Assembly (NCBI GenBank): GCA_963720765.1 | Contig: CAVRGS010000013.1 | Span: 342,071 to 406,070 of the forward strand | Reading direction: 5' to 3' | DNA length: 64,000 nt | Origin: an uncultured Actinomycetes bacterium | Lineage (GTDB): Bacteria; Actinomycetota; Acidimicrobiia; IMCC26256; DASPTH01 | Shown here: piece by piece, positions 30,603-39,348 of the stretch | Layout of the letters: each line of letters starts with the position of its first letter | Position numbering within the stretch: the stretch's first letter is position 1 | Translations under genes and position numbers: made by a program | Notes under the pieces: generated by a model | Told to the model about the DNA's origin: nothing | Database searches by the model: none | Seen by the model: only the letters and a program-made list of their open reading frames with translations

Positions 30603-30761
30603 ATGGTCGAACGACCAGATCGGCGCGAGCGCAGCGACGTCGCACGCACGATCGAGGACGCCGACACGCTGACCGACCTGGGCGTGGTCGTCCCCCGAGA
30701 GGTCCTCGAGTCGGCGCGGGCCGAGCTTGCGAACCCGGGCGACGAGACCGACGAGGGCTGA
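30603..30761 (+). CDS. Candidate small acidic protein (52 aa), not in the ORF track
   Basis: My translation: MVERPDRRERSDVARTIEDADTLTDLGVVVPREVLESARAELANPGDETDEG*. A GAGGTG lies 4 nt upstream of the ATG. The locus lies between the P450 and 5-FCL-like genes. Confidence 0.3.
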   Translation: MVERPDRRERSDVARTIEDADTLTDLGVVVPREVLESARAELANPGDETDEG

Positions 30762-30785
30762 CCTGCGCGATCGCCGTGCGAAGGT

Positions 30786-31556
30786 GTGCGAATGGCGCGC
30801 CACGATCACGATGCCGGGGGCGATGCCGACCTGCTGGCGGCGAAGGCGGTGCTGCGCGAACAGGTGTGGACCGACCTCGACCAACCCGGGATCGCGCGGT
30901 TTCCGCGGCCCGCGAACCGCATCCCCAACTTCGTGGGTGCGGAAGCGGCGGCGCGCCGGCTCGCCGAGACCGACGAGTGGCGCGCCGCGTCGACGGTCAA
31001 ATCGAACCCGGACTCGCCGCAGTGGCCAGTACGTGCGCGTGCACTGCAGGACGGCAAGGTCGTCTACATGGCGGTGCCGCGCCTCGCCGAGGCCGATCCG
31101 TTCTTCCTGCTCGACCCCGAGCACCTCGCCGATGCTCCCAGGAAGGCGAGCTCGATCAAAGGCGCGCTGCGGAGTGCGCGCACGATCGGTGTCGAGGAGC
31201 TCGAACCGGTCGACCTCGTCGTGACCGGGTGCGTCGCCGTCGACGAGTCCGGCGCGCGGCTCGGCAAGGGCGGCGGGTTCAGCGACCTCGAGCTCGCGCT
31301 CGCGGCGGAGGCGGGGTTGGTGGACGCGCGGACCGTCGTCGTCACCACGGTGCACGAGCGTCAGGTGCTCCCGGGCGGCGTGGTGCCGACCACGAGCCAC
31401 GACATCCACGTCGACGTCATCGTGACGCCCGAACGGGTGCTGCGGTGTCGACGGCGGCGCGGGTGGGAGCTGCCCGACCTGCGCTGGAACGAGCTCACCG
31501 ACGAGAAGATCGCAGCGATCCCGTTGTTGGCCCGGCTGCGGCCCCGAGCCGGCTGA
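30786..31556 (+). CDS. 5-formyltetrahydrofolate cyclo-ligase family protein
   Basis: Intact, with ..RIPNFVGAEAAA.., ..GKVVYMAVPRL.. and ..ARLGKGGGFSDLELA.., characteristic of the 5-FCL-like fold. Confidence 0.7.
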   Translation: MRMARHDHDAGGDADLLAAKAVLREQVWTDLDQPGIARFPRPANRIPNFVGAEAAARRLAETDEWRAASTVKSNPDSPQWPVRARALQDGKVVYMAVPRLAEADPFFLLDPEHLADAPRKASSIKGALRSARTIGVEELEPVDLVVTGCVAVDESGARLGKGGGFSDLELALAAEAGLVDARTVVVTTVHERQVLPGGVVPTTSHDIHVDVIVTPERVLRCRRRRGWELPDLRWNELTDEKIAAIPLLARLRPRAG

Positions 31557-31557
31557 C

Positions 31558-32214
31558 TCAACGCGGCAGATCGACGCGGCTGGTCGACGCAGCCGCGCTG
31601 CGCACGTGGTCGGCGATCCAGGTGTTGAGCGGGCGCGCCGCTTCGAGCGTCGTGACGACGCGGTCCTTCGCCGTCTTCGTGCCCAGCCAACCGCCGACGG
31701 GCCACGCCTTCGACATGACGATCCCCTTGTAGCGGAGCAACTCGATGCGGGGGTGGTCCTTGGGGTAGCCGCGCGGCGCGGTCTTGAGCATCTCGTGCGC
31801 GCCGACGTCGTACTTCGCCTTCCGCAGCGTGGCGACGATCGCTTCGAGCTCGGCGCCACTTCGGTCGGTGTCGATCGCAGCGCGGAATCGCTTCAGGTCG
31901 TCGGGCATCGGCATGTAGAGCCCGCTGCCGACGAACAGCTCGTCGGCCGACACCGAGATGTACCCGCCAGTGAGCTGCGCGGCGCAGTTCAGCTTGTACG
32001 GCGTCTTGTCGTGGCTGAAGCGAACGTCGCGGTTGGGACGGAACACCCGACCCGGCCCGAATTCGTCTTCGAGCTCCGCGAGCAGCGCTTCCATCGGGCC
32101 CTTGACGCACTCTGCGTAGACGGCCTTGTGCGCCTGCCAGTACGCACGCGAGTTGTCGTCCTCGAGGCCTTCGTAGAACTCGATCGCCTCCACAGGCCAG
32201 CCGGTGAACGCCAC
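31558..32214 (-). CDS. DUF2461 (TIGR02453-like) family protein
   Basis: The GTG at 32214 gives VAFTGWPVEAIEFYEGLEDDNSRAYWQAHKAVY...FRPNRDVRFSHDKTPYK...GLYMP.... The upstream part of ORF 31558..32661 is junk. Confidence 0.75.
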   Translation of the reverse strand: MAFTGWPVEAIEFYEGLEDDNSRAYWQAHKAVYAECVKGPMEALLAELEDEFGPGRVFRPNRDVRFSHDKTPYKLNCAAQLTGGYISVSADELFVGSGLYMPMPDDLKRFRAAIDTDRSGAELEAIVATLRKAKYDVGAHEMLKTAPRGYPKDHPRIELLRYKGIVMSKAWPVGGWLGTKTAKDRVVTTLEAARPLNTWIADHVRSAAASTSRVDLPR

Positions 32215-32238
32215 GACGACACCGTATGCTCCCGCCTC

Positions 32239-32712
32239 ATGGACCTGACGAAGTACCGACACACCGACTCCATCGACATCGCCGCGTCGCCCGAGGCCGT
32301 GTACTCGCTCGTCGCCGACATCACCCGCATGGGCGAGTTCAGCCCGGTCTGCAAGACCGCGCAGTGGCTCGACGACGACCACACCACGTTCAGCGGGGAC
32401 AACGTGCTCCCCGACATGCAGTGGTCGACCACGTGTCGAGTCGACACCGCCGAACCGGGCAAGGAATTCACCTTCACCAACCTCGGCATGGACGGCGCGC
32501 GTGAGCTCGTGCGCTGGTCGTACACGTTCGCTCCCGCCGGAGACGGCTGCACCGTGAGCGAGCACTGGGAGGTGCTCCCCGGTTACGCCGACTTCTGGAG
32601 CAGCGTGGCGCCGGATTCGAACGTCGAGGACTACCTCGACACCGTGGTCGACCGGACACACTCGGGGATGGCGGAGACACTCGCCAACATCAAGGCCGCG
32701 GCCGAGGGCTGA
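32239..32712 (+). CDS. SRPBCC (polyketide cyclase/START-like) family protein
   Basis: The ATG at 32239 gives MDLTKYRHTDSIDIAASPEAVYSLVADITRMGEFSP...VRWSYTFAPAGDGCTVSEHWE... Confidence 0.75.
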   Translation: MDLTKYRHTDSIDIAASPEAVYSLVADITRMGEFSPVCKTAQWLDDDHTTFSGDNVLPDMQWSTTCRVDTAEPGKEFTFTNLGMDGARELVRWSYTFAPAGDGCTVSEHWEVLPGYADFWSSVAPDSNVEDYLDTVVDRTHSGMAETLANIKAAAEG

Positions 32713-32757
32713 TCGCCGAGGGTTGATCGGTGGTCGTCATCTGGGTATGCCGGAGAC

Positions 32758-32907
32758 ATGTCCGAACGTGATCCCGACGACCTCGCTCACGACGAGGTCG
32801 AACCCGATCCCGACCAGCCGCCCGGTCCGGTCCCCGACGACGAGCGCGAGGTGCCGGCCGACGACGCGCCCGACCTCGGTGACTTCGAGGGCAACATGAA
32901 CGCGTGA
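32758..32907 (+). CDS. Candidate small highly acidic protein (49 aa), not in the ORF track
   Basis: My translation: MSERDPDDLAHDEVEPDPDQPPGPVPDDEREVPADDAPDLGDFEGNMNA*. A GGAG lies just upstream of the ATG. The product is low complexity, so the call is weak. Confidence 0.2.
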   Translation: MSERDPDDLAHDEVEPDPDQPPGPVPDDEREVPADDAPDLGDFEGNMNA

Positions 32908-32908
32908 G

Positions 32909-33313
32909 TCAGTCGTTCGCGTCGCGACAGTTGCGACACGCGCCACCCATGAGGTGGAGCGGTCCGACCTCGACGATGAGTGGCGCGAGCGTCGGCGTGA
33001 GGATCTGCTCGCCGCAGAGGTCGCAGCGACGGTCGGCCGGAGTCCCACCGATGCCGGCCTGGTAGAAGTCGAGGCAGGTGCTGCAGAGCACGCGCGGGTT
33101 GCCGAACGCGAGGTACGCGGGCGCCGGTTCGCGGAGGTGCGCGCAGCTGCGACCCTGCTTGGCGAGCCATGCGTCGAGCGTGGCGTCGACGGCCACGTTC
33201 ACGGGGTCGAGAGTGATGGCGCCGGTCCCGGCGCCGACGGCAGCGAGCGCGTCGGCGCGCTCCTGACGGGCGGCGTCGACCTGCGGGATGAGCCAGGTGG
33301 GCATGTCGGCCAT
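32909..33313 (-). CDS. Cys-rich (three CxxC pairs) hypothetical protein
   Basis: The ATG at 33313 gives MADMPTWLIPQVD...CSTCLDFY...RRCDLCGEQ...GGACRNCRDAND. The upstream part of ORF 32909..33517 is implausible. Confidence 0.6.
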   Translation of the reverse strand: MADMPTWLIPQVDAARQERADALAAVGAGTGAITLDPVNVAVDATLDAWLAKQGRSCAHLREPAPAYLAFGNPRVLCSTCLDFYQAGIGGTPADRRCDLCGEQILTPTLAPLIVEVGPLHLMGGACRNCRDAND

Positions 33314-33361
33314 GGCCCGAATGTCGGCACCCGGCGCGGCCGGCTGTAGCACGATGGGGCG

Positions 33362-33646
33362 ATGACCGAGCTCGCGGAGTTCCAGCGCACGATGGACGCG
33401 GCGTACGGCGAGCGCGACCGCGCCCGTGGCGTGCCGGCGACGGTGGCTTGGCTCGCCGAAGAGGTCGGGGAGCTGGCCAAGGCGGCGCGCAAGGGAACCG
33501 TCGAGGAGCAGCGGCACGAACTGGGCGACGTGCTCGCCTGGCTGGCGTCGCTGGCCAACCAGCTCGGGCTGTCGTTGGAGGACGCGGCAGCGCGGTACGC
33601 GTCCGGGTGTCCGCGGTGTGGTGCGTCACCGTGCGGGTGCCCGTGA
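33362..33646 (+). CDS. MazG-like nucleotide pyrophosphohydrolase domain protein
   Basis: WLAEEVGELAKAARKG...ELGDVLAWLASLANQLGLSLEDAAARY matches the small all-alpha MazG pattern (E..GEL...E..D). The C-terminal tail is CPRCGASPCGC. Confidence 0.75.
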   Translation: MTELAEFQRTMDAAYGERDRARGVPATVAWLAEEVGELAKAARKGTVEEQRHELGDVLAWLASLANQLGLSLEDAAARYASGCPRCGASPCGCP

Positions 33647-34164
33647 GCCTGCTCGTCGTCACCGGGCCGCCCGGTTCGGGCAAGTCGACGGTTGCGGCGC
33701 TCGTGGCCGACCGGTTGCCGCGCAGCGTGCTGGTCGAGGGTGACGCGTTCTTCGGCTTCGTGCGCCAGGGTGCGATCGAGCCTTGGCTCCCCGAGTCGCA
33801 CGCACAGAACGAGATCGTCATCGAAGCGGCGGCCGGCGCGACGGGGCGGTTCGCGCGTGACTACGCGACGGTCTACGACGGCGTGATGGGCTCCTGGTTC
33901 ATCGACACGTTCCTCCGCGGTACCGGCCTCGACGCGCTCGACTACCTCGTGTTGCTGCCCGACGTCGAGGTGTGCGTCGACCGGGTGATGGCGCGCCTCG
34001 GCCATGGGTTCCGCGACGAGGCCGCGGCGCGCAAGATGCACGACGAGTTCTCAAAGGCCGAGGTCGAGTCGCGTCATGTGCTCGACAACGACACCGACCC
34101 CGAATCCGCCGCCGACGAGATCCTCATCCGTTGGGAAGCCGGCGCGCTGAGGTTCGGCTCCTAG
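33643..34164 (+). CDS. P-loop NTPase / kinase-like (AAA_33-type) protein
   Basis: The GTG at 33643 overlaps the MazG stop (GTGA). Walker A is VVTGPPGSGKST and the product is 173 aa. Confidence 0.7.
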   Translation: MSLLVVTGPPGSGKSTVAALVADRLPRSVLVEGDAFFGFVRQGAIEPWLPESHAQNEIVIEAAAGATGRFARDYATVYDGVMGSWFIDTFLRGTGLDALDYLVLLPDVEVCVDRVMARLGHGFRDEAAARKMHDEFSKAEVESRHVLDNDTDPESAADEILIRWEAGALRFGS

Positions 34165-34569
34165 CGAGCGGCCTCGATCGCATCCGAGAAGGACTGCATC
34201 AACGGCTGGAGACGCGCCCACGCGTCGGCTTCGAGCGTCATCAACCGTCGTGTTGGCGCAGTGCCAGTTCATCGTGACCGTGACCCGTCCCTTGCGGCCG
34301 GGCGGGTCGATGCGCAGCTCGGTGACCGCCGGGCGGAAGCGACGGCCACCCGACGCGCGTATGGCGCCGGTGCTCGATTCGATGCGCGTCAAGAGCCAGG
34401 CCGTCAGGGTGATGAACCCGGAGATCAGGTCGAGCGGACCCTCACCAGCATCCATCATGTCGTTGGCGGTTTGGGCGGTGAACTGCTGGTGCTCGAGCTC
34501 CGAGCCCGAGTGCCAGGCGGTCATGACGGCGATCGCCTTCGAGAGGTCGTCTCCCGTGTTGTCGTTCAC
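34161..34569 (-). CDS. Hypothetical protein, frame broken once (~34240)
   Basis: The GTG at 34569 gives VNDNTGDDLSKAIAVMTAWHSG...RVTVTMNWHCANT. The adjacent frame then reads LMTLEADAWARLQPLMQSFSDAIEAAR*, ending at the CTAG shared with the convergent gene. The ORF-track N-terminal extension overlaps rnpB and is rejected. Confidence 0.5.
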
Positions 34570-34630
34570 ACCACCCGAGTCTCGCACCGCGCGAACCCTG
34601 GACGACTCGGCTGTTGACGAGTCGAGTGTG

Positions 34631-35006
<376 letters not shown>

Positions 35007-35014
35007 CTCGGACG

Positions 35015-35043
35015 AGTCTAGGGCGCAGCCAAACCCGGCAAAA
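35015..35043 (-). promoter_or_regulatory. Candidate rnpB promoter
   Basis: On the minus strand: TTTTGC, a 17-nt spacer, then TAGACT (TANNNT -10). The -10 ends about 8 nt before the P1 5-prime strand. Pattern match only. Confidence 0.35.
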
Positions 35044-35054
35044 GGTAGCGATTC

Positions 35055-35070
35055 GTTTCAGATCTGAAAC
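35055..35070. repeat. Perfect 16-bp AT-rich palindrome GTTTCAGATCTGAAAC
   Basis: Read directly from the sequence. It lies between the stop of the upstream minus-strand operon (35114) and the putative rnpB promoter. It could be a terminator hairpin or an operator. Confidence 0.8.
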
Positions 35071-35113
35071 AGATCGCCACCATTTGGCCGCGGTTCTCGG
35101 TTCGCGGGCTCGG

Positions 35114-35578
35114 TCAGGAGCCCATGCCGCGGTTGAAGGAGCGGGCACCGAGGAAGCCGCCGAACATGCCGAGCCCGGCGGCGATCACGAGGTGGCCGAA
35201 GAGCTGCCCCGGGCGCAGGGCGGGGGAGTGGCCGGTGAAGAGGGCGCGGTGCTCGTCGCGCAGCAGCCAGATGACGACGCGCACCGGGATCCACAGCACG
35301 AACGCCCCCACGCCGGCGAGCGCGCCGTTGGTCAGGCCCGCCCGCGGCACGAGACGCCCGGCGCCGAAGCCACCCAGCGTGTAACCGAACAGGATCAGGA
35401 CGAACAGCGGGTAGATCCACCCGCTGTCACGGAAGCTGTCGATGTTGCGGTCGAGGATCGCCTCGAGCACGCTCGCCAGCACCAGGAAGCACAGGCCGGC
35501 GGTCGCGCCGCGGAAGACGGCGGGCCAGTCGACGACCGCGGCGTCGTCGGTGGGAACGGGGTCGCTGGGCACGGTCAC
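35114..35578 (-). CDS. Small polytopic membrane protein, unknown function
   Basis: The GTG at 35578 overlaps the upstream stop (GTGA). The product has four hydrophobic segments (..GLCFLVLASVLEAIL.., ..IYPLFVLILFGYTLGGFGAG..). Confidence 0.65.
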   Translation of the reverse strand: MTVPSDPVPTDDAAVVDWPAVFRGATAGLCFLVLASVLEAILDRNIDSFRDSGWIYPLFVLILFGYTLGGFGAGRLVPRAGLTNGALAGVGAFVLWIPVRVVIWLLRDEHRALFTGHSPALRPGQLFGHLVIAAGLGMFGGFLGARSFNRGMGS

Positions 35579-36906
35579 GATTGTGCCTCGTCGGGCACTT
35601 GTTCGTGGAACAGCTCGTCGACCGGCACGAACAGGCCGTCGCGCACCAACGGCTTCACGTACGACCGTTGCTGCACCAGGAACACCGCCGCGAGCAGGAG
35701 GTAGACGATTCCGACCCCGATCCGCTCGACCTCGCGCAGGCCGTCGGGCAGCACGGCTCCGAGCACGAACTGCGAGATGAAGAGTCCGAACAGCATCCAC
35801 GCCTCGCGCACGCTCATGCTCCGGTTGGCGAGCACCGCGATCGCGAACACCGACTGCGCGGCGGTGAGGAACAGCTCCTCGCGTTGCAGCGAGTCGAGTG
35901 GCAACCCCGTGAGGTGGCCGGCGGAGATCGCGTACACGATGGGCAACGAGCCGACGAGCAGCGTCCATTGGTTCACCTTCGACGACAGCAACGTGCCGAG
36001 TCCGGCGCTGGTGTTGAGACGCCACGCGAACAATCCGGCCACGAGGAGCTCGGGCGCTTCGGACGCCAGTGGCGCGACCCACTGCACGAGCAGGAACGTG
36101 CTCACACCCGCCTGCTCCCCGAGGTGGACGAGCGACGACGCGAACGGCTCCGCGCACAGGAAGATGACGCCCGCCGCGTACGCGAGCAGCGCGCCCACGA
36201 CGATGCGACGCGGCGTGGGTGGCAACCCGCCGATGAGTCGGGCCGGCCCCACGAGGTGCGGTTCCTCGGCGGGTGCGTGCCACAAGCGGAACACGAACGC
36301 GAGGAAGATCGCGATCAGGATCGCGGAGTCGACGAGGGTCAGCGTGTGCTTGAACGGCAGCGTCAGCGAGTACGCCGTCGCCAGCGCGAGGAACGTGATC
36401 TCGATGGCGTGCGGGCGCTCGAGGCGCAGCTCGGTGTCGAGCTCGCCGGTGTAGCCCTGCTTCTTGGCGATGCTCTTCATCCGCCAGGCGGCGACGAGCA
36501 CCACCATCGACCACCCGATGCCGATCAGCAGCCGGTTGCCGCCGGTCATGTTGGCGAGCGCGAGCGGGGCGTACTTCTCGGGGTTCTCGCCCGCCTTGTA
36601 GGCGAAGGTGAAGTCGACCGCGTACTCGGGCAGCACCGCGATCAGCGCGAGCACCGTGAGCGCGAGGCCCTGGGACACGTCGAGCTGGAGCGTCTCGGCC
36701 GCCCAGGCGAGGAGGAACGCCGAGCCGAGGATGGCGAGGCCGAAGACCGCGGGGGCCACCCAGTCGCCCGGGTCGATCCCGCCGACCCGCGAGATCACGC
36801 CGGGCGCCGTGGCGAGGGCCGCCAGGGTCAGGGCCACGAGCTGCCCGCTGCGGCCCCGGAGCGCCGTGGGCGCGCTCTCGGGGGCCGTCGGTATCACTCG
36901 TCGCAT
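35575..36906 (-). CDS. Cation/calcium exchanger (CaCA / sodium-calcium exchanger family) membrane protein
   Basis: Intact and polytopic. The two alpha-repeat-like regions are ..LALTVLALIAVLPEYAV.. and ..VAPLASEAPELLVAG... The start was taken at the ATG at 36906; the ORF is open to 36942. Confidence 0.7.
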   Translation of the reverse strand: MRRVIPTAPESAPTALRGRSGQLVALTLAALATAPGVISRVGGIDPGDWVAPAVFGLAILGSAFLLAWAAETLQLDVSQGLALTVLALIAVLPEYAVDFTFAYKAGENPEKYAPLALANMTGGNRLLIGIGWSMVVLVAAWRMKSIAKKQGYTGELDTELRLERPHAIEITFLALATAYSLTLPFKHTLTLVDSAILIAIFLAFVFRLWHAPAEEPHLVGPARLIGGLPPTPRRIVVGALLAYAAGVIFLCAEPFASSLVHLGEQAGVSTFLLVQWVAPLASEAPELLVAGLFAWRLNTSAGLGTLLSSKVNQWTLLVGSLPIVYAISAGHLTGLPLDSLQREELFLTAAQSVFAIAVLANRSMSVREAWMLFGLFISQFVLGAVLPDGLREVERIGVGIVYLLLAAVFLVQQRSYVKPLVRDGLFVPVDELFHEQVPDEAQS

Positions 36907-37060
36907 GCTACGGGGCGGGTTTCGAGGCCTCCGGACCGCCAACGGACTCGCGAACTCCGAATGAACTCTCAGGAACAGGGGAAGAACAGCCGAAGTTCAC
37001 CGTGTTGGATGAGGTTCGCCGGCCCTCTTCCCGGGGCGGAGTCCAGAAAGCACGAGACCG

Positions 37061-37297
37061 ATGACCAATCACTGGCGCCAATATGCCCGCTGTCTGGGTG
37101 CCGATCCTGAGCTCTTCTACCCGCCCTCCGAGTCGGACGACGGGTCGCTCGACGCCAAGGCGATCTGCGCCGTGTGTCCGGTGCGGGAGCCCTGCCTGGA
37201 GCACACGCTGACCCACCGCGAGAAGCAGGGGGTGTGGGGCGGTCTCGACGAGCGGGAGCGCCGCCGTCTCGTCCGCCAGCGCCGCAAGACGGCGTGA
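37061..37297 (+). CDS. whiB: WhiB family transcriptional regulator
   Basis: The four Cys (C..C.VC....C) and the GVWGG turn are present: ARCLGADPELFYP...AKAICAVCPVREPCLEHTL...GVWGGLDERERRRL. Confidence 0.9.
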   Translation: MTNHWRQYARCLGADPELFYPPSESDDGSLDAKAICAVCPVREPCLEHTLTHREKQGVWGGLDERERRRLVRQRRKTA

Positions 37298-37362
37298 CTG
37301 CGCCCTGACGCGAGCCGCTTCGTGCGGCGTCCAGCTGAGTCTTCCCCGGTACTATCCGGCGG

Positions 37363-38412
37363 ATGGATCCTGCGCTGTGGCCCGACGTCATCGGGCGTCT
37401 GCTCCGGCGCGAAGATCTTCCCGACGACCTGATCGCGCACGCGATGTCGGTGATCCTCGCAGGTGACGCGACCGACGCTCAGATCTCCGCCTTCGCCGTC
37501 GGCCTGCGTGCCAAGGGCGAGACCGCGGGCGAGCTCGCCGCGCTGGTGCGCGTGATGCTCGAGGTGGGTGAGCACGTCGACCTGAGCGACGTCGACGGGC
37601 CGCTCGTCGACACGTGCGGCACCGGCGGCGACGGTGCCGGCACCGTGAACGTGTCCACCATGGCCGCGATCGTCACCGCCGCCGCAGGGGCACGCGTCGC
37701 CAAGCACGGCGGTCGCGCCGCGTCGTCGAAGTGCGGATCGGTCGACGTCCTCGAATCCCTCGGGGTGGTGATCGACCTCGGGCCCGAGGGCGTGGCGCGC
37801 TGCGTGCGCGAAGTGGGGATCGGCTTCTGCTTCGCGCAGAGGTTCCATCCCGCGATGCGATTCGCCGCGCCGGTGCGGCGCGAGCTCGGCACGCCCACGA
37901 CCTTCAACTTCCTCGGTCCGCTCGCCAACCCGGCCGGCGCCTCCCGTCGCACCGTCGGGGTCTCCGACCCGGTCATGGCCGAGCGGGTCGTGCGCACCCT
38001 CGCCGCGCTCGGCGTCGAGCGGGCGCTCGTGTTCTTCGGCCACGACGGCCTCGACGAGCTGACCGTCACCACCACCTCGACGGTCTACGAGCTCGAGGCC
38101 GGCGGAGTGCGCGTGTACGACGTCGATCCGATCGACGTCGGGATCCCGCACGCCGAGATGGGCGCTCTGGCCGGTGGCGACGCCGCGGGCAACGCCCAGG
38201 CCGTCCATCAGGTCTTCGCCGGCGCCCGGGGGCCGATCCGCGACATCGTCACGCTGAACGCCGCCGCTGCCATGGTCGTGGCCGACGCCGTGCCGGACCT
38301 CGCCGGTGGGGTCGAGGTCGCCCGGGCCGTGATCGACGACGGCCGCGCTGCGGCCACACTCGAAGCGTTCGTGCGGGTGAGCGTCGCCGCACGCGAAGCA
38401 GGGCTCGGCTGA
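37363..38412 (+). CDS. trpD: Anthranilate phosphoribosyltransferase
   Basis: Intact, with DTCGTGGDGAGTVNVST, KHGGRAASSKCGS.DVLE and NFLGPLANP motifs. Confidence 0.9.
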   Translation: MDPALWPDVIGRLLRREDLPDDLIAHAMSVILAGDATDAQISAFAVGLRAKGETAGELAALVRVMLEVGEHVDLSDVDGPLVDTCGTGGDGAGTVNVSTMAAIVTAAAGARVAKHGGRAASSKCGSVDVLESLGVVIDLGPEGVARCVREVGIGFCFAQRFHPAMRFAAPVRRELGTPTTFNFLGPLANPAGASRRTVGVSDPVMAERVVRTLAALGVERALVFFGHDGLDELTVTTTSTVYELEAGGVRVYDVDPIDVGIPHAEMGALAGGDAAGNAQAVHQVFAGARGPIRDIVTLNAAAAMVVADAVPDLAGGVEVARAVIDDGRAAATLEAFVRVSVAAREAGLG

Positions 38413-39086
38413 TGGCACGCGCGCTCGAGTGCCCGGCCTGCGGACATCGCCACCGCCTCGACACGATCCCGGCGTCGGCCACGTTCCGTTGCGAGCAGTG
38501 CGGCCAGGTGCTCAAGGCGCCCGCCGCGGTGAGCTCGCAGGCCGATGCACCGCCGCCCCCTGCACGGGGTGGCGGTGCTCCCGCTCGCACGGGTGCGCCG
38601 ACTCCGGTCGCTCCACCGCCACGGCGCGCGGAGAACGCGCCTCCTCGGACTCCGCCGGCCGACGACGGCGCCACCCGCGGAGCGCCGGTCCGCACCGCGG
38701 CGGCGGTGTCGGCAACGGTCGCTCCTTCGGCGCCCCCCGACGGCGCCAACGGCGCCGGAGACGCACCGCGGCACGGTCGCGGCAAGCCGGCGCCTTCGGC
38801 GCCCGCGCGACTCGCGAAGGTCCACTGGTACTGGCGGGTGCTGGCCTGGATCGTGGCGGTCCCGGTCGGGTTCCTGCTGACCGCGTGGCCGGCGTACAAG
38901 TTCGGGTTCATCAAGAAGGACGACCTCCTGGACCTCTTCGTGGGTACCGGGACCGGCCGCTATCTGCGGCTGGCGATCGTCACGCTGGTGTGGGCGATCG
39001 TGACCGCTCTCCTGGTGCAGCTCTTGGTCGAGGGCGGCCGAGCTCGCGCCAAGCGTCGCCGCCGGTCCCGAGCGGCTGCGGCATGA
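38412..39086 (+). CDS. Zinc-ribbon N-terminus + Pro/Ala-rich linker + 2 TM protein
   Basis: The ATG at 38412 overlaps the trpD stop. The product has CPACGHRHRL....FRCEQCGQ, about 100 aa of P/A-rich sequence, and then two TM helices (WRVLAWIVAVPVGFLL, LAIVTLVWAIVTALLVQLLV). Confidence 0.65.
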   Translation: MARALECPACGHRHRLDTIPASATFRCEQCGQVLKAPAAVSSQADAPPPPARGGGAPARTGAPTPVAPPPRRAENAPPRTPPADDGATRGAPVRTAAAVSATVAPSAPPDGANGAGDAPRHGRGKPAPSAPARLAKVHWYWRVLAWIVAVPVGFLLTAWPAYKFGFIKKDDLLDLFVGTGTGRYLRLAIVTLVWAIVTALLVQLLVEGGRARAKRRRRSRAAAA

Positions 39087-39319
39087 CCACGCGGTTCCGC
39101 TGCTCGGCGTGCGGGAACCTCACCCGCTTCGACGTGGTGGCGTCGCGTCGTACCCGCGCCTTCCACCACTTCAGCGTCGGCGGGGAGCTCAGCGTCGAGG
39201 ACGAAGAGGTGCTCGACGAGAGCATCGAGGCCGTCACCTGCCGCTGGTGCGGCGCCTCGGGTGACACGATCGAGCAGGTCGCGGTGGCGACTTCGCGCGA
39301 CGGGCCCGACCCGGCTTAA
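39083..39319 (+). CDS. Small zinc-ribbon protein (78 aa)
   Basis: ATGA overlap with the upstream stop. The product reads MTTRFRCSACGNLTRF...VTCRWCGASG (two CxxC pairs). Confidence 0.6.
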   Translation: MTTRFRCSACGNLTRFDVVASRRTRAFHHFSVGGELSVEDEEVLDESIEAVTCRWCGASGDTIEQVAVATSRDGPDPA

Positions 39320-39348
39320 CTGTCACACCCTCGCGCCAGAGTGGTCAC

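Noticed and set aside
36907-37060. A riboswitch, leader or attenuator upstream of whiB/trpD, and likewise upstream of bioB.
   Set aside because: I could not recognise any known riboswitch core or a Trp-codon leader peptide by eye. This is not excluded, but I cannot support it.
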